64,000 nt of DNA from Thermodesulfobacteriota bacterium (GTDB lineage: Bacteria > Desulfobacterota > Desulfobacteria > Desulfobacterales > C00003060). The notes beneath the pieces are model-generated. The model was not told the DNA's origin, did no database searches, and saw only the letters and a list, made by a program, of their open reading frames with translations. Of the stretch, positions 27,839-39,900 are shown in pieces; within the stretch, counting starts at the first letter, position 1, and the number at the start of each line of letters is the position of its first letter. Position numbers and translations under genes: made by a program. The stretch spans positions 129,906 through 193,905 of the forward strand of contig JAXHVD010000005.1 of NCBI GenBank assembly GCA_034189385.1, in the 5' to 3' direction.

Positions 27839-27942
27839 ATAAATCTGGCCAGAGGTGAATGGGTTATTTTCTCAAAGACATCCCTACCAAGGATACATTG
27901 ACTAACTTATATGGCTAGGAACATCCAGAAAGGTCTTGGAAA

Positions 27943-28338
27943 ATGGGTTTGGAATGTAAGGATATCCTCGCTTTCGCGATAGAACGGGCCTCTGCCATCA
28001 ATACTTACTGGAACATATTCATAGCCGTAGCTACCGCTGTGGTTGGCGTCATGGCCTCTGGAAAGGCATTCACGAATAGCCGGACCCTGAAATTCTTTCT
28101 CAGCGGAGCATTCACGGTATTCGCGTACTCGAATCTCAGCGCGATCATTCGACTTGGCACGCTTCGTGAGGCATTGTTGGATATGCTTCCAAATGATTTT
28201 TCGAATCGTGAGGCGATAGTTGGAAGTTTAAGTCCAGCGGAGTGGTGGCAATACACCGGGTTCCATTTGTTGTTGGATGTTGCAGTACTGGCCGCCATTT
28301 GGCTGGTCCCCTGGCCCAAGTCAGACGACTCAACTTAG
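27943..28338 (+). CDS. Small hypothetical membrane protein (about 3 TM segments)
   Basis: Hydrophobic segments; AGAAAGG RBS. Confidence 0.65.
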   Translation: MGLECKDILAFAIERASAINTYWNIFIAVATAVVGVMASGKAFTNSRTLKFFLSGAFTVFAYSNLSAIIRLGTLREALLDMLPNDFSNREAIVGSLSPAEWWQYTGFHLLLDVAVLAAIWLVPWPKSDDST

Positions 28339-28403
28339 AAGTTCCCTTTGGAAGTTTTGGCGCGGGCCATGACCACAACAAGACGGTGAAAGGAGGAGTG
28401 CTT

Positions 28404-29141
28404 ATGAAAGCCTTATTTGGCCTTGCAGTGGTGCTGGTAATGACATCCACTGCCCTTGCTGCTGGCAAATCGGTTTCCTACGAGGTAAAGGGGGAACCTT
28501 TTGAGGGGTATTTTGTCAGCCCTTCGCCCAATGCCCCTTTGGTGCTGCTTGTCCATGACTGGGACGGCCTGACTGATTATGAGGTGAAGCGTGCCGACAT
28601 GCTGGCCCATATGGGCTACGCGGTCTTTGCAGCTGACTTGTTTGGAGCCGGGGTCAGGCCCACGGAGTTAAAGGATAAACGCCAGCACACCGGTGAATTG
28701 TATAAGGACCGTGAAAGGATGCGTACCCTGTTAAAAGGGGCCCTCAATGCAGCCAAGGCCCAAGACGCCAATGTCGACAATGCGGTGGCCGTGGGATACT
28801 GCTTTGGCGGGGCTGCTGTGCTTGAGCTTGCCAGATCGGGGGCGGACCTGAAAGGTTTTGTTACCTTTCATGGGGGATTGGATACGCCACAAGGGCAAGA
28901 CTATTCCGCTGCCAAGGGCACACTCCTTATCCTCCATGGCACAGCAGACACCAGTATCACCATGGATCAGTTTGCCAAGCTTGCCAACGAATTGGAGGGA
29001 AAAGGTATTTCACACGAAATGATCACCTATGGGGGTGCCCCCCATGCCTTCACCGTGTTTGGCTCAGACCGCTATAGAGAAGATGCTGACAAGAAATCAT
29101 GGAAGCGTTTTGCAGCCTTTCTTGCCGAGACGCTTCACTGA
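28404..29141 (+). CDS. Secreted dienelactone hydrolase family protein
   Basis: Signal peptide; VHDWDG, GYCFGG, FHG, LHGTAD and YGGAPHAFT; AAGGAGG RBS. Confidence 0.92.
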   Translation: MKALFGLAVVLVMTSTALAAGKSVSYEVKGEPFEGYFVSPSPNAPLVLLVHDWDGLTDYEVKRADMLAHMGYAVFAADLFGAGVRPTELKDKRQHTGELYKDRERMRTLLKGALNAAKAQDANVDNAVAVGYCFGGAAVLELARSGADLKGFVTFHGGLDTPQGQDYSAAKGTLLILHGTADTSITMDQFAKLANELEGKGISHEMITYGGAPHAFTVFGSDRYREDADKKSWKRFAAFLAETLH

Positions 29142-29574
29142 TGCACCTCTTTCCATGGCATTGTTCCCATGGTGAAGGGTTGACGTATTTGGCCAAGATA
29201 AAAGCAGAAGCGTTGCAGTGTTTGAGGGTTGAAGGAAAGGGAGATGAATCGGGTAAGTTGAGAGCGATGCTGTATGCCCTGGTTGCCCGGATTCCAGTGG
29301 GTTGGAAGCGATATTGATGGAGAAGAGGAAGCGCTCATTACCTTGAAAATTCGGTTGACAGAACCGAGATTTCAAGGTGGCTTTTTGTCCTGATAGGGCC
29401 CACCGCGAAAGCCGCGGGAGAGCTTTGGGTACAATGGTGAAAGGTTGACGTATTTAGCTTGGAGAGAAGTAGGGGGCTCTATCATGATTGCCCCCGCGTG
29501 GGGTGACGTTTGCGGCTGGACAAAGCGACAAGGGCGGCAAATCAGTGACCCGCTCTCAACGGGCAACTCATACT

Positions 29575-31878
29575 ATGGACAGAGATAACATCAGACTGCT
29601 GGCAGACATCGCTGGCATCGTGGGCAGTTCCAGAGGCCCTGATGAAACACTGCAGCGGATTGTGGAGCAGGTGGCGGCCCGATTCGGCATGGAGGTCTGT
29701 TCCGTGTATCTCTTGAATGAGGAAGAAGAGGAACTGGTTCTGGAGGCCACCGTGGGTTTGAACCCCGATGCAGTGCATGCTGTCCATATGAAGCTCCATG
29801 AGGGCCTCACGGGACTGGTGTTGGAGGAGATGGCGCCTGTTTTTGTGGTCGATCCTGCTACCCATGAGAGATACAAGTTTTTTGAAGGGAGTGGTGAGGA
29901 GATCTACAAAACCTTTTTGGGCGTTCCCCTTTTATATCTTCAGCATCCTGTGGGCGTACTGGTTGTGCAGACAGTGAAAGAGAGTGCCGTAACAGAGGCC
30001 GACATCCCGGTTTTTTCGGCCATCGCCGGGCAGATTGCGGCCACGGTCGCCTATACCGGGCTTGCCGAAGACTTAAGGACGGCCCGGGGCAGGCAGAAAC
30101 CGATGGAAAGCGCCCCATCTCAGATTGAAAGAAAAAGAAAGACAAAAAAGGGTTTGCTTAGGGGTATTGCCGTCTCGCCCGGCATCGCCGAGGGCAGGGC
30201 CCACTATCTTGCCGAAAGCATCGGCTTCGACCAGATACGAGACGAAAAACCAAAGGATGTTTCCCAAGAGGTCGAGAGGCTTCACAAAGCTTTCAAGGGC
30301 GCGGAGCAGGAGATTTTGGAACTTACAGGCGGTGCCCGTGAGCTTTCCATGGAGGACCAGGCGATTTTGGAAGCCCACGTCATGTTGCTGCGGGATAAAG
30401 CGTTCCAGAAGAAGATCACAACCCACGTCAAGTCAGGCAGTACTGCCGAGTACGCCTTGAAGCTGGTCGTCCAGGAGTATGTGGAACGTTTCCATGATAT
30501 GGATGATCCCTACTTAAGAGAAAGGGGCGCTGATATTGAAAACATCGGGAGATGGCTGCTTCAGAACCTCTTCGGGATAGGGGGCCAGCAGGCTGGGCAA
30601 TTTGATAGTGACACGATTATCATTGCCTCCGATATCTCACCCGTGGTCCTGGTGGGTCTCAGACAGGACCATCTCACAGGGATCGTGCTGGCAAGAGGGG
30701 GCAAGACCTCTCATTCGGCTATCCTCGCCAAGTCCTTTGAGATCCCCATGGTGGTTGGGGCAAAGGAGATCCTGGAGGTCGTGAAAGAGGATGATTTTCT
30801 GATTGTGGATGGCACCTCGGGCCTCGTCTTTGACAACCCTCCACAGGTTATTATTGATGAGTTCGCGCACCTTAAAGAGGAGAAGGCCAAGCAGTGGCGG
30901 CGGCTGGACCTGTTGCGGAATGCCAAGGCAGTCACAAAGGACGGGCGGGAGATTAAACTGGGGGCCAACATCGGGCTGTTGTCCGACCTGGCGTTGGTCA
31001 AGAAATATGGCGCCGACCATATCGGCCTGTACAGGACGGAGTTTCCATTTCTGGCAAGAAAAGACTTCCCCTCAGAGGACGAGCAATATCTCCTGTATGA
31101 AAAGATCGTTCGAGGGGCGGAGCAAAGATCGGTCACTATCCGGACCCTGGATGTAGGGGGAGACAAGTTCCTATCGTATCTGGACAGTCCCAAAGAGGCG
31201 AATCCCTACCTGGGGTGGCGTTCTATTCGCGTCTCTTTAAGTCTTGAGGATATCTTCAAGACACAGATCCGGGCCATCCTGAGGGCCTCTGCTATTGGGA
31301 AGGTCAGGGTTCTGTTGCCTATGATCACCTCGGTCAGTGAAGTGAGAAAAAGCTTGGACATCGTGGAAAAGGAAAAGGAGTCTCTCTCGGGCCATGGTAT
31401 TCCCTTTGACAGGGACGTTCCCGTGGGAATCATGGTGGAGGTGCCCGCGGCCATTAGGATCCTGGACCGGTTGTTAGGCTATGTGGATTTCGTGAGCGTT
31501 GGAACCAATGACCTTGTCCAATATCTTCTTGCCGTAGACAGAAACAACGAGAGAGTGGCCGACATCTACAATCCTTTGCACCCGGCCGTTGTTGCTGCCA
31601 TGATGGATATCGTCTCAACCTGTAAGCGATACGACAAAAAGGTAAGCATCTGCGGAGAGGCGGCGTCCAATCCACAGTGCGCCTATCTCTTTCTGGCCAT
31701 GGAGGTGGATCGGCTGAGCATGGCACCGGCGTCGATTCCAGTCATCAAAGACTTCGTCAGAAAGGTGACGCTGAAGGAAGCCAAGGAGACCCTGGGGCTG
31801 GCTCTGGGCATGGAAGACACAGAAGAGATTTCGGCGTTCATGGAGCAGACGGTGGGGGGCGTGCCGGGAGGATCGTGA
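29575..31878 (+). CDS. ptsP: PEP-protein phosphotransferase with N-terminal GAF (enzyme I-Ntr)
   Basis: GAF domain, GGKTSHSAILAKS, IGLYRTEF, IRTLDVGGDK, NPYLGWRSIR, SVGTNDL and ICGE. Confidence 0.93.
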   Translation: MDRDNIRLLADIAGIVGSSRGPDETLQRIVEQVAARFGMEVCSVYLLNEEEEELVLEATVGLNPDAVHAVHMKLHEGLTGLVLEEMAPVFVVDPATHERYKFFEGSGEEIYKTFLGVPLLYLQHPVGVLVVQTVKESAVTEADIPVFSAIAGQIAATVAYTGLAEDLRTARGRQKPMESAPSQIERKRKTKKGLLRGIAVSPGIAEGRAHYLAESIGFDQIRDEKPKDVSQEVERLHKAFKGAEQEILELTGGARELSMEDQAILEAHVMLLRDKAFQKKITTHVKSGSTAEYALKLVVQEYVERFHDMDDPYLRERGADIENIGRWLLQNLFGIGGQQAGQFDSDTIIIASDISPVVLVGLRQDHLTGIVLARGGKTSHSAILAKSFEIPMVVGAKEILEVVKEDDFLIVDGTSGLVFDNPPQVIIDEFAHLKEEKAKQWRRLDLLRNAKAVTKDGREIKLGANIGLLSDLALVKKYGADHIGLYRTEFPFLARKDFPSEDEQYLLYEKIVRGAEQRSVTIRTLDVGGDKFLSYLDSPKEANPYLGWRSIRVSLSLEDIFKTQIRAILRASAIGKVRVLLPMITSVSEVRKSLDIVEKEKESLSGHGIPFDRDVPVGIMVEVPAAIRILDRLLGYVDFVSVGTNDLVQYLLAVDRNNERVADIYNPLHPAVVAAMMDIVSTCKRYDKKVSICGEAASNPQCAYLFLAMEVDRLSMAPASIPVIKDFVRKVTLKEAKETLGLALGMEDTEEISAFMEQTVGGVPGGS

Positions 31879-32047
31879 AGGGATGAGAGGCGAAAAGAAT
31901 GACGAAGTGTGACCCTATGGCGGATACCAGGGCGTGTAGAAAAGAGAGGGAAGGAGGGTTGTCCTTGAGAGTGACTCCGAACGAGGTGGAGGTGTCTGTT
32001 CAAAGGATCGGGAGACATGACGGCATTGCGGCATGGGAGGGAGACAG

Positions 32048-32272
32048 ATGGCGAGGAAGGCAAAAAGAGATGTGGAGAAGGATTATCCGGCAAAGCAGTT
32101 TGTGAAGAAGTTGCGAAGGCTCGCGGAGACCATTGAAAAGGGGGAGACCTTCAGGATTCAAATTGCCGGCGAGCGGATTGCTGTTCCAAGGCATGCCGTC
32201 ATCAATATAGAGCACGAAAGAGGAAAGACCTTTGAAGAAATCGAATTCCAGTTGAAGTGGAAGCTGAAATAG
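32048..32272 (+). CDS. amphi-Trp domain protein
   Basis: RDVEKDY...KLRRLAETIE.G..F.IQIAGERI.VP...IEHER....EEIEFQLKW. Confidence 0.8.
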   Translation: MARKAKRDVEKDYPAKQFVKKLRRLAETIEKGETFRIQIAGERIAVPRHAVINIEHERGKTFEEIEFQLKWKLK

Positions 32273-32651
32273 ACGAATGCTGGCATGGCCTTTGTCAGCC
32301 TTAAAGTCGTGTTGTAGGGACTCCAGTTCTAGACGGCTGCGGCCTATCTCATCTTAATCAATACCATGGGCTTAAAGGGCCTTTCGTCCAAGCAACGATA
32401 GAAAGGGTAAGGAAAGACGCAGCAATGGGGTCTGTGATAGAAAGACACACCGTTTGTTAAGGAGGCGACAGGGAGGCCCTTTTCTGCCGACAAAAGGCCT
32501 TTGAGGGGTGTTCTTGGCAGAATGTAGGCATACCCATATGATATTGCTACAAATTATTAGTATAATCCCTTTCAGCTCCTTGGCCTCTTACCTTTTTGCG
32601 GTGAGTATGATATCTATAACTGACATACTAGATTTCTAGGAGGGATGAAGA

Positions 32652-33140
32652 ATGACCAAGCAGCAGTGGAGCAGCCCGCCTGAGATGCAGATCGATCTGG
32701 ATAAGACCTATGAAGTAACCATTGAGAGCCCCAGGGGGCGGATCGAACTGGAACTCTACCCGAAACATGCACCAAAGACGGTGAACAACTTTGTGTTCCT
32801 GGCCCGGGAGGGGTTCTACGATGGCGTGATCTTCCATAGGGTGATCAATGATTTTATGATTCAAGGAGGAGATCCCACGGGCACGGGTCGAGGTGGCCCT
32901 GGGTATACCTTTGAAGATGAGCTGGACGGAAATCCTCTGATACACGAGACCGGGGTCATCTCCATGGCCAATGCCGGCCCTCATACGAATGGGAGTCAGT
33001 TCTTCATCACCCATTCCCCGCAACCGCACTTAAATGGCCACCACACCGTGTTCGGAAAGGTGGTCAAGGGGCAGGACGTGGTAAATGCCATTCAGCAGGG
33101 CGACAACATGGAGCGGGTGGAGGTGAAAGAAACCCCGTAA
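32652..33140 (+). CDS. Cyclophilin-type peptidyl-prolyl cis-trans isomerase
   Basis: [39 protein letters not shown] and HTVFGKV. Confidence 0.96.
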   Translation: MTKQQWSSPPEMQIDLDKTYEVTIESPRGRIELELYPKHAPKTVNNFVFLAREGFYDGVIFHRVINDFMIQGGDPTGTGRGGPGYTFEDELDGNPLIHETGVISMANAGPHTNGSQFFITHSPQPHLNGHHTVFGKVVKGQDVVNAIQQGDNMERVEVKETP

Positions 33141-33546
33141 GGTCCCTTTCATGCCAGATGCTAAACCTAGAAGCCTTTTGTGGAGGGTGATGTATTGGGC
33201 CGTGGCCTCGTTGCTTGTCATCGGTATTTTTAGGGTCTTTGGGGTCTATGTTGTGGGGAAAAACCTCAATGTAGGAAGGAGGCTAGGCCTTGACCTTGTT
33301 CGGGGGTAGTGCCCATGGAGACAAACCTCAGATGTTGCCTATCCGACTCCTAACAGGACGTTCCTGATCCTGTTGGGGGTCTAAATTTTCATCCGTCAAA
33401 GAATGCCACAGTTCAGAGTGAGACACCCAAAGGGGTGAAAAATAAAGATTTGGAGCGTACCCGTCATCCTGTGGGATGGCATGTGTTCTGCCTTTGTTTC
33501 CGAGACAGAGTCGTTTCCTGATACCAGGCGATAGGTGTTCACTTTT

Positions 33547-36500
33547 ATGAAAGCTCTGAAAACCACTTTGGGACTCTGTGTACTCATCTGGTCTCTCATA
33601 CCATGGGCACCAGCTTATAGCGCTCCGGCTCAGTCCTCTGAAAAGACCCTGCCTTCTTTTCCAGATTCCACGAAACCCTGTGTGTTGGTGCTCCATTCCT
33701 ACCACTACGGCTTTACCTGGTCCGACAGCATTTCTAGGGGAATCCAGTCTGTTTTCGCAGAGCAGGCCGGTAGGGTGGAATTGTGCTTTGAGTTCATGGA
33801 CACAAGACACATTTACACGGAAGAGTACTTTGAAAAATTGAAGACACTCTACAGCCTGAAGTTCGCCGAAAGGCCTGTCGATGTTATCATCGCTTCAGAT
33901 GACCACGCCTTTAGCTTCATGCTCGGCTCGGGACAGGCTGTGTTTCCCAATGTGCCCGTGGTATTCTGCAGCGTCAGCGGGTATGAGCCCTCCATGCGGC
34001 AAGGAAGAGAGATCACCGGGCTGGTTGAATCCATCGACATCAAATCCACCCTCGATATTGCTCTAAGGCTTCATCCCAGGACAAGGCAGGTGACCGTTAT
34101 TACCGACATGACGCGCACCGGGCGAGCACTGAAAGCCAAGGCTGAGAGCATCTTTGAGGGCTACAAGTCCCGCCTTGGATTTCGATATCTTGAAGACCTT
34201 ACGATAGACGACCTAAAACATGCCGTCTCTGGGCTGTCTGACGACACGATTGTCTTCTTGTTCATCTTTTCCCGCGACAAGGCAGGCCGTGTATTCTCCC
34301 ATGAGCACAATCTGAGAATCCTCGTCGAACAGTGTAACGTTCCCATCTACAGCGTTTGGAAGTTCTACCTTGGTCATGGCATTGTGGGCGGCATGCTTGC
34401 CAGCGGTGAGGCCGAGGGAAAAATGGCCGGTGAAATGGCCCTACGCATCCTAGGGGGAGAAAACGCCTCCGATATTCCTCTTGAAAAGAGCCCCACCCAA
34501 TATATGTTCGACGATACTCGGCTTGAGCAATTTGGGGTGAAGGAGTCGCTCCTGCCAACAGACTGCCTCATTGTAAATAAAGCGGTCTCCTTCTATGAGG
34601 GACACAGAGGTATTGTCTGGACTGCGGCCTCGATCATCGTCCTCCTGGGCGTGGCTGTCGCCATTCTCAGTGGTAACATTTTGCTGCGTATGCGGGCTGA
34701 AAAGGAGCTTCGGCAGAGTGAGCAACGGTTCCGTGCAGTCTTTGAAAACGCCGTAGACGGGATTATCATTGCCGACAGGGAGAGGAAGAGATTTCTCGTA
34801 GGCAACGAGAAGATGTGTGAGATGCTGGGCTGTGCGTGGGAGGAGATCCCAGAACGTGGTGTCGCCGACATCTGTCCCCGGCAAGACCTGGCACGAGTCG
34901 TGAATGCTTTTGAAAAACTGGCCAGCGGGGAGATTATTCTGGCAGAAAACATTCCGGTTGAACGCAAGGATGGCTCGGTCTTTTTTGCCGATGTCAGCGG
35001 CGGTCCCGTGACGCTCGGGGATCAGCACTGCATGATCGTGATCTTCCGCGACATCACCGAGCGCAAGCGGTCGGAGGCCTTGGTTCGGGAATCAGAAGAG
35101 AAATATCGTCTCTTAGTCGATAATGCCGATGATGCCATATTCATTGCCCAGGACGGGATGATAAGGTTTCCCAACCCGAAGACTGAGGAGGTGGCAGGCT
35201 ATTCTTCGGAAGAATTGGAAAGCGTGCCTTTTATGAATCTCATTCATCCCGAAGACAGGGACATGGTCCTTGAAAGACACAGGAAGAGACTTGAAGGAGA
35301 GGAGGTTCCAAGTGTCTATTCCTTCAGGATCATCAATAGGAAGGGCCAGGAGCTGTGGGTAGAGATCAATGCCATCTTCATCACTTGGGAAGGAAGACCG
35401 GCTACCTTGAACTTTGTGCGCGACATCACGCCGCAGAAACGACTGGAAGACCAACTCCGTCAGGCCCAGAAAATGGAGGCTATCGGAACCTTGGCCGGAG
35501 GCATTGCCCATGACTTCAACAACGTCCTTGCTGCCATCATCGGTTACACTGAGATGTCCTTGGATGATGCCCCCGAAGGATCGATGTTGCAGGCCAGTTT
35601 GAGGGAGGTCCTTAAGGCAGGAGGCCGAGCCAGAGACTTGGTCCAGCAGATTCTTACCTTCAGCCGCCAGTCCGAGCAAGAGTTGAGGCCTCTTCAGTTG
35701 AGGCCTGTTTTGAAAGAGGCTCTGAAGTTGCTCCGTGCGTCCCTTCCTACAACTATTGAGATACGTCAAGACATCCAAAGCGAATCGGCTGTCATGGGAG
35801 ATCCGACGCAGATGCATCAGGTGTTGATGAACCTTTGCACGAATGCCGGTCATGCCATGCAGAGAGGGGGAGGCGTCCTAACGGTGAGCCTTTCGGACGT
35901 GGAACTCGATGCCAACTTTGCAGCAGAGCATCACGACGTCAGCCCTGGGCCATACCTTCGTCTGTCTGTCAGCGACACAGGTCATGGGATGAACGCTTCA
36001 ACGATGGAACGGATTTTTGAACCCTATTTTACGACAAAGGAGAAAGAGGCGGGGACCGGTCTGGGGCTTGCTGTGGTTCATGGTATCGTGCAGAGTCAAG
36101 GAGGGACGATCACAGTTGAGAGCGAGCCCGGCCAGGGCACAACTTTCCAAGTGTATCTTCCCGTGATTCCGCGGGCGGATGATCAGGGAATAGAGAGCCC
36201 AGCAGACCTGCCCACGGGAAGGGAGCATATCCTTTTTATTGAGGATGAAGAGGCACTGTCAAAACTCGGAAAACAGCTGTTGGAACGCCTCGGCTACAGT
36301 GTCGTTGCCAGCACAAGCGGTTCAGAAGCCCTGGAAGCTTTCAGCGCAGGGCCTGACAGATTCGATCTCGTGATCACGGACATGACCATGCCCGGTATGA
36401 CTGGGGAAAAGCTCGCTTTAGAGATGATGAAGATCCGTCCTGATATTCCTGTGATACTTTGCACGGGATTCAGCCCGGCAATGACGGAAAAGAAAGCCAA

Positions 36501-36585
36501 GGCATTGGGGATCCGGGCGTTTCTCATGAAGCCCTTGCACAAGGAGGACATCGCCAGAACAGTTAGACAGGTACTAGATGAATAG
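33547..36585 (+). CDS. Hybrid sensor histidine kinase (periplasmic substrate-binding domain, 2 PAS, HisKA, HATPase, REC)
   Basis: VLVLHSYH, TM segment, PAS repeats, AGGIAHDFNN, NLCTNA, DTGHGM, GTGLGL and VITDMTMPGMTG. Confidence 0.94.
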   Translation: MKALKTTLGLCVLIWSLIPWAPAYSAPAQSSEKTLPSFPDSTKPCVLVLHSYHYGFTWSDSISRGIQSVFAEQAGRVELCFEFMDTRHIYTEEYFEKLKTLYSLKFAERPVDVIIASDDHAFSFMLGSGQAVFPNVPVVFCSVSGYEPSMRQGREITGLVESIDIKSTLDIALRLHPRTRQVTVITDMTRTGRALKAKAESIFEGYKSRLGFRYLEDLTIDDLKHAVSGLSDDTIVFLFIFSRDKAGRVFSHEHNLRILVEQCNVPIYSVWKFYLGHGIVGGMLASGEAEGKMAGEMALRILGGENASDIPLEKSPTQYMFDDTRLEQFGVKESLLPTDCLIVNKAVSFYEGHRGIVWTAASIIVLLGVAVAILSGNILLRMRAEKELRQSEQRFRAVFENAVDGIIIADRERKRFLVGNEKMCEMLGCAWEEIPERGVADICPRQDLARVVNAFEKLASGEIILAENIPVERKDGSVFFADVSGGPVTLGDQHCMIVIFRDITERKRSEALVRESEEKYRLLVDNADDAIFIAQDGMIRFPNPKTEEVAGYSSEELESVPFMNLIHPEDRDMVLERHRKRLEGEEVPSVYSFRIINRKGQELWVEINAIFITWEGRPATLNFVRDITPQKRLEDQLRQAQKMEAIGTLAGGIAHDFNNVLAAIIGYTEMSLDDAPEGSMLQASLREVLKAGGRARDLVQQILTFSRQSEQELRPLQLRPVLKEALKLLRASLPTTIEIRQDIQSESAVMGDPTQMHQVLMNLCTNAGHAMQRGGGVLTVSLSDVELDANFAAEHHDVSPGPYLRLSVSDTGHGMNASTMERIFEPYFTTKEKEAGTGLGLAVVHGIVQSQGGTITVESEPGQGTTFQVYLPVIPRADDQGIESPADLPTGREHILFIEDEEALSKLGKQLLERLGYSVVASTSGSEALEAFSAGPDRFDLVITDMTMPGMTGEKLALEMMKIRPDIPVILCTGFSPAMTEKKAKALGIRAFLMKPLHKEDIARTVRQVLDE

Positions 36586-36612
36586 GTAGGGGATGCCGTT
36601 GGCATCCCTACC
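36585..36612. terminator. Hairpin after the kinase gene
   Basis: GGTAGGGGATGCC-GTT-GGCATCCCTACC; no clear U-tract. Confidence 0.5.
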
Positions 36613-36694
36613 CTCCAAAGAGTCATTGAATCCCTTATAAGAATCTTCCTTTGAGCCATACCCCCCTATTAACCCGGCAATCAATTACCCTAAT

Positions 36695-36870
36695 GTTGTG
36701 ATTCCGGCCCCGTATCAAGTACGGGGTAAACTCTAGCCGGGCACGTAGTGCCTCTTTTCAAGCGGCCAGGCGTAACCCTAAGCGCTGTCCAGTAATGTGA
36801 AAGAGTTAAAACGCTCCTGGACCCCGGTGCCTGCCCCGGACCCCGATCCGGGGTTCATCGGGCTGACAAC
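36695..36870. repeat. Inverted REP-like doublet with secondary hairpin insertions
   Basis: GTTGTGATTCCGGC..GCCGG..TCCAG and CTGGACCCCGG..CGGGCTGACAAC; inserts CCCCGTATCAAGTACGGGG and GCCTGCCCCGGACCCCGATCCGGGG. Confidence 0.65.
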
Positions 36871-36904
36871 TTTTTACGACTCCATCAATAAATAGAATCA
36901 ATGG

Positions 36905-39900
36905 CTACCGCCGTCTGGGCTCTGGTTCCGGCTCGCCCAGGAGGTAATAGACCGGCGGCATACCGCTTGGAAGCGTCGTAAAGGTTAAGACGTTTCCGTA
37001 AGCCGTGCCTGCATCATTGGTGGCGTAGGCCCTGACAGCATAGTTGGTGTTGGGGTCAAGACCGCTCATGTTGCTCGTAAAGGCAAAAGGAAGTGTCACG
37101 GCCCCCACGGCCCCTTCATCGGTGCTGTTGTCGACCAATGTAGGGTCACTCCCTCCGGCAAGATTCCAGACCACGCCGTGGGCTGTGGGCTTGGGTTCCC
37201 CAAGGTCTGTGATGGTGCCGTTAACCGTAGCTGAATGGCTTGTTTCGCCCTTCACCGACACTGTGGTGACGTCGGGCAAATCGGCGCCTGTGCCCTGAAT
37301 GGCAAAGTCATAGGGGTCCTCATCAGTGTCATCATTGGCAATGCTCACGGTTGCCGTTCGCAGCCCTAGTGCGCTGGGGTCAAACTGGACTATAAAGGTC
37401 GTGGTTCCTCCACCGGCTCCGACAGGCGTTGTGGGAACCGCGGTCACAGTGAAGTCCCGCGAGTTTGCGCCGCCTACCACCACCAAGGGCGCACCGGTGA
37501 GGGCCAGGTCCGCCGCCCCGGTGTTTTCGATGGTAAAGGTGTGGTCAACCGTGCCCGTTGCAGTGTCGGCTGATCCAAAATCCGTATCGTCCGTGTCAGA
37601 AGGCGTGGTATCCCCGTCAGCAATGGAAGTGCCCTTTCCTTGGACGTCCACCTCAGAGACGCCGCCTGTGCCCTGAATGGCAAAGTCATAGGGGTCCTCA
37701 TCAGTGTCATCATTGGCAATGCTAAGGGTTGCCGTTCGCAGGCCCAGTGCGCTGGGGTCAAATTGGACCGTAAAGGTCGTGGTTCCTCCACCGGCCGCAA
37801 CGGGCGTCGTGGGAGCCACGGTCACGGTAAAGTCGCCCGAATTTGTACCCCCCACCGCCACCAAGGGTGTGCCATCCAGAGACAAGGCCGCAGATCCAGA
37901 GTTTTCGATGGTAAAGGTGTGCTCCAACGTGCCACCGTTGATATGGACCGTGCCAAAATCCGTGTCGTCCGTGTCAGAAGGCGTGGTAAGCCCGTCCACA
38001 ATAGAAGTGCCGTTTCCCTGAACATCTATCTCGGAGACGTCGCCTGTACCCTGTATGGTAAAGTCATAGGGGTTTTCGTCAGCGTCATCATTGGCAATGC
38101 TCACCGTGGCCGTGCGGAGCCCCAGTGCACTGGGGTCAAAGGTAATGGTGAAGGTGGTGGTACCTCCTCCAGAGGCCACGGGCGTGGTGGCATCTGTGGT
38201 CAGTGTGAAATCAGCCCCATGGGTGCCGCCTATCGTCACCCGCGGCGAACCTCCCGTGAGGTTTAGATCGACTGTGCCGGAATTTTCGATGGTAAAGGTG
38301 TGCTCCAAGGCGCCGCCGTTCAGATTAACCGTGCCAAAATCCGTCTCGTCGGCCGTAGCAGGCGTTGTATCCCCGTCAGCAATGGAGACGGCCAGACCGG
38401 ATACGTCCATCTCAGGCGCAGTGCCTGTGCCCTGGATCGAGAAGTTGTAGGGATTTTCGTCCCCATCGTCGTTTGCGATGCTGACGGTGGCCGTACGTAG
38501 GCCGGGAGCACTGGGGTCAAAGGTGATGGTGAAGGTGGTGGTGCCTCCTCCGGAGGCTACGGGCGTAGTGGCATCGGTCGTGAGCGTGAAGTCAGCCCCA
38601 TGGGTGCCGCTGATGGTCACCCGCGGGGGCCCTCCCGTGAGATTTAAATCGGCGGTGCCGGAATTGGTGATGGTGAAGGTGTTCTCGTTCGTTCCTGCCG
38701 CTACCAGGACATTTCCGAAGTCCGTATCATCCGTATCAGAAGGCGTGGCATCCCCGTCAACAATGGAGACGCCCAGGCCGGAGACGTCCAAGTCAGGGGC
38801 AGTGCCCGTTCCCTGTATGGAGAAGTTATAGGGATCTTCATCCAAGTCATTATTGTCGATGCTGACGGTAGCCGTACGCAGACCGGGAGCGCTGGGGTCA
38901 AAGGTGATGGTGAAGGTGGTGGTGCCTCCTCCGGAGGCCACGGGCGTAGTGGTATGGGTGGTGAGCTCGAAGTCGGCGGCATGGGTGCCGTTGATGGTCA
39001 CTCGGGGGTCCCCCGTGAGGTTCAAATCGGCGGTGCCGGAATTGGTGATGGTAAAGGTGTTTGGGTTGGTTCCGCTGGCTACCAGGACATTTCCGAAATC
39101 CGTGTCATCCGTGGCAACAGGTGTCGCATCCCCGTCAGCAATAGAGACGCCCAGGCCGGAGACGTCCATCTCAGGGGCAGTGCCCGTTCCCTGTATGGAA
39201 AAATTGTAGGGATCTTCATCGGAATCATTATTGGCGATGCTGACCGTTGCCGCACGCAGGCCTGCGTCGCTGGGGTCGAAGGTGATGGTAAACGTGGTCG
39301 TGTCGCCGCCGGAGGTTACGGGACTTGTGGGGTCAAAGGTTACGGTAAAGTCAGCGGCATGGGTGCCGCTGATGGCCACCAGCGGCGCGCCTGTGAGGTT
39401 CAAATCGGCCGATCCCGGATTCCGGATCGTAAAGGTGTGGGCCACGGTGTCGCCGGCCACGTTGAGACTACCGAAATCGGTACCATCTGTCGTTGAAGGC
39501 GTCCCATCTCCGTCGGCAATGGATTGACCGTTTCCCTGCACATCGATTTCCGGCGCGACAACGCCCGTCCCCTGGATGCTGAAACTAAAAGGGTCCTCGT
39601 CTATGTCGTCATTGTCTATGCTCAGTGATGCACTCCTCAGTCCACTGCCACTGGCGTTAAAGGTGACCTGAAAGGTTGCGCTTCCGCCGGCCGACACAGA
39701 AGAAGACGGTTGCGCCGTTACCGTAAAGTCCGCGGCATGGGTGCCGCTTACCTGGACGATGGGTGTTCCTGTCAAATTCAAGTCAATGGCCCCCAGATTA
39801 TTGATCGTAAAGGTGCGAACAACGGTGCCGCCGGCCACATCCGTGCCCCCGAAGTCGGTGTGATCTGCTGCGGAAGGGGTATCATCATTGTCGGCAATGG

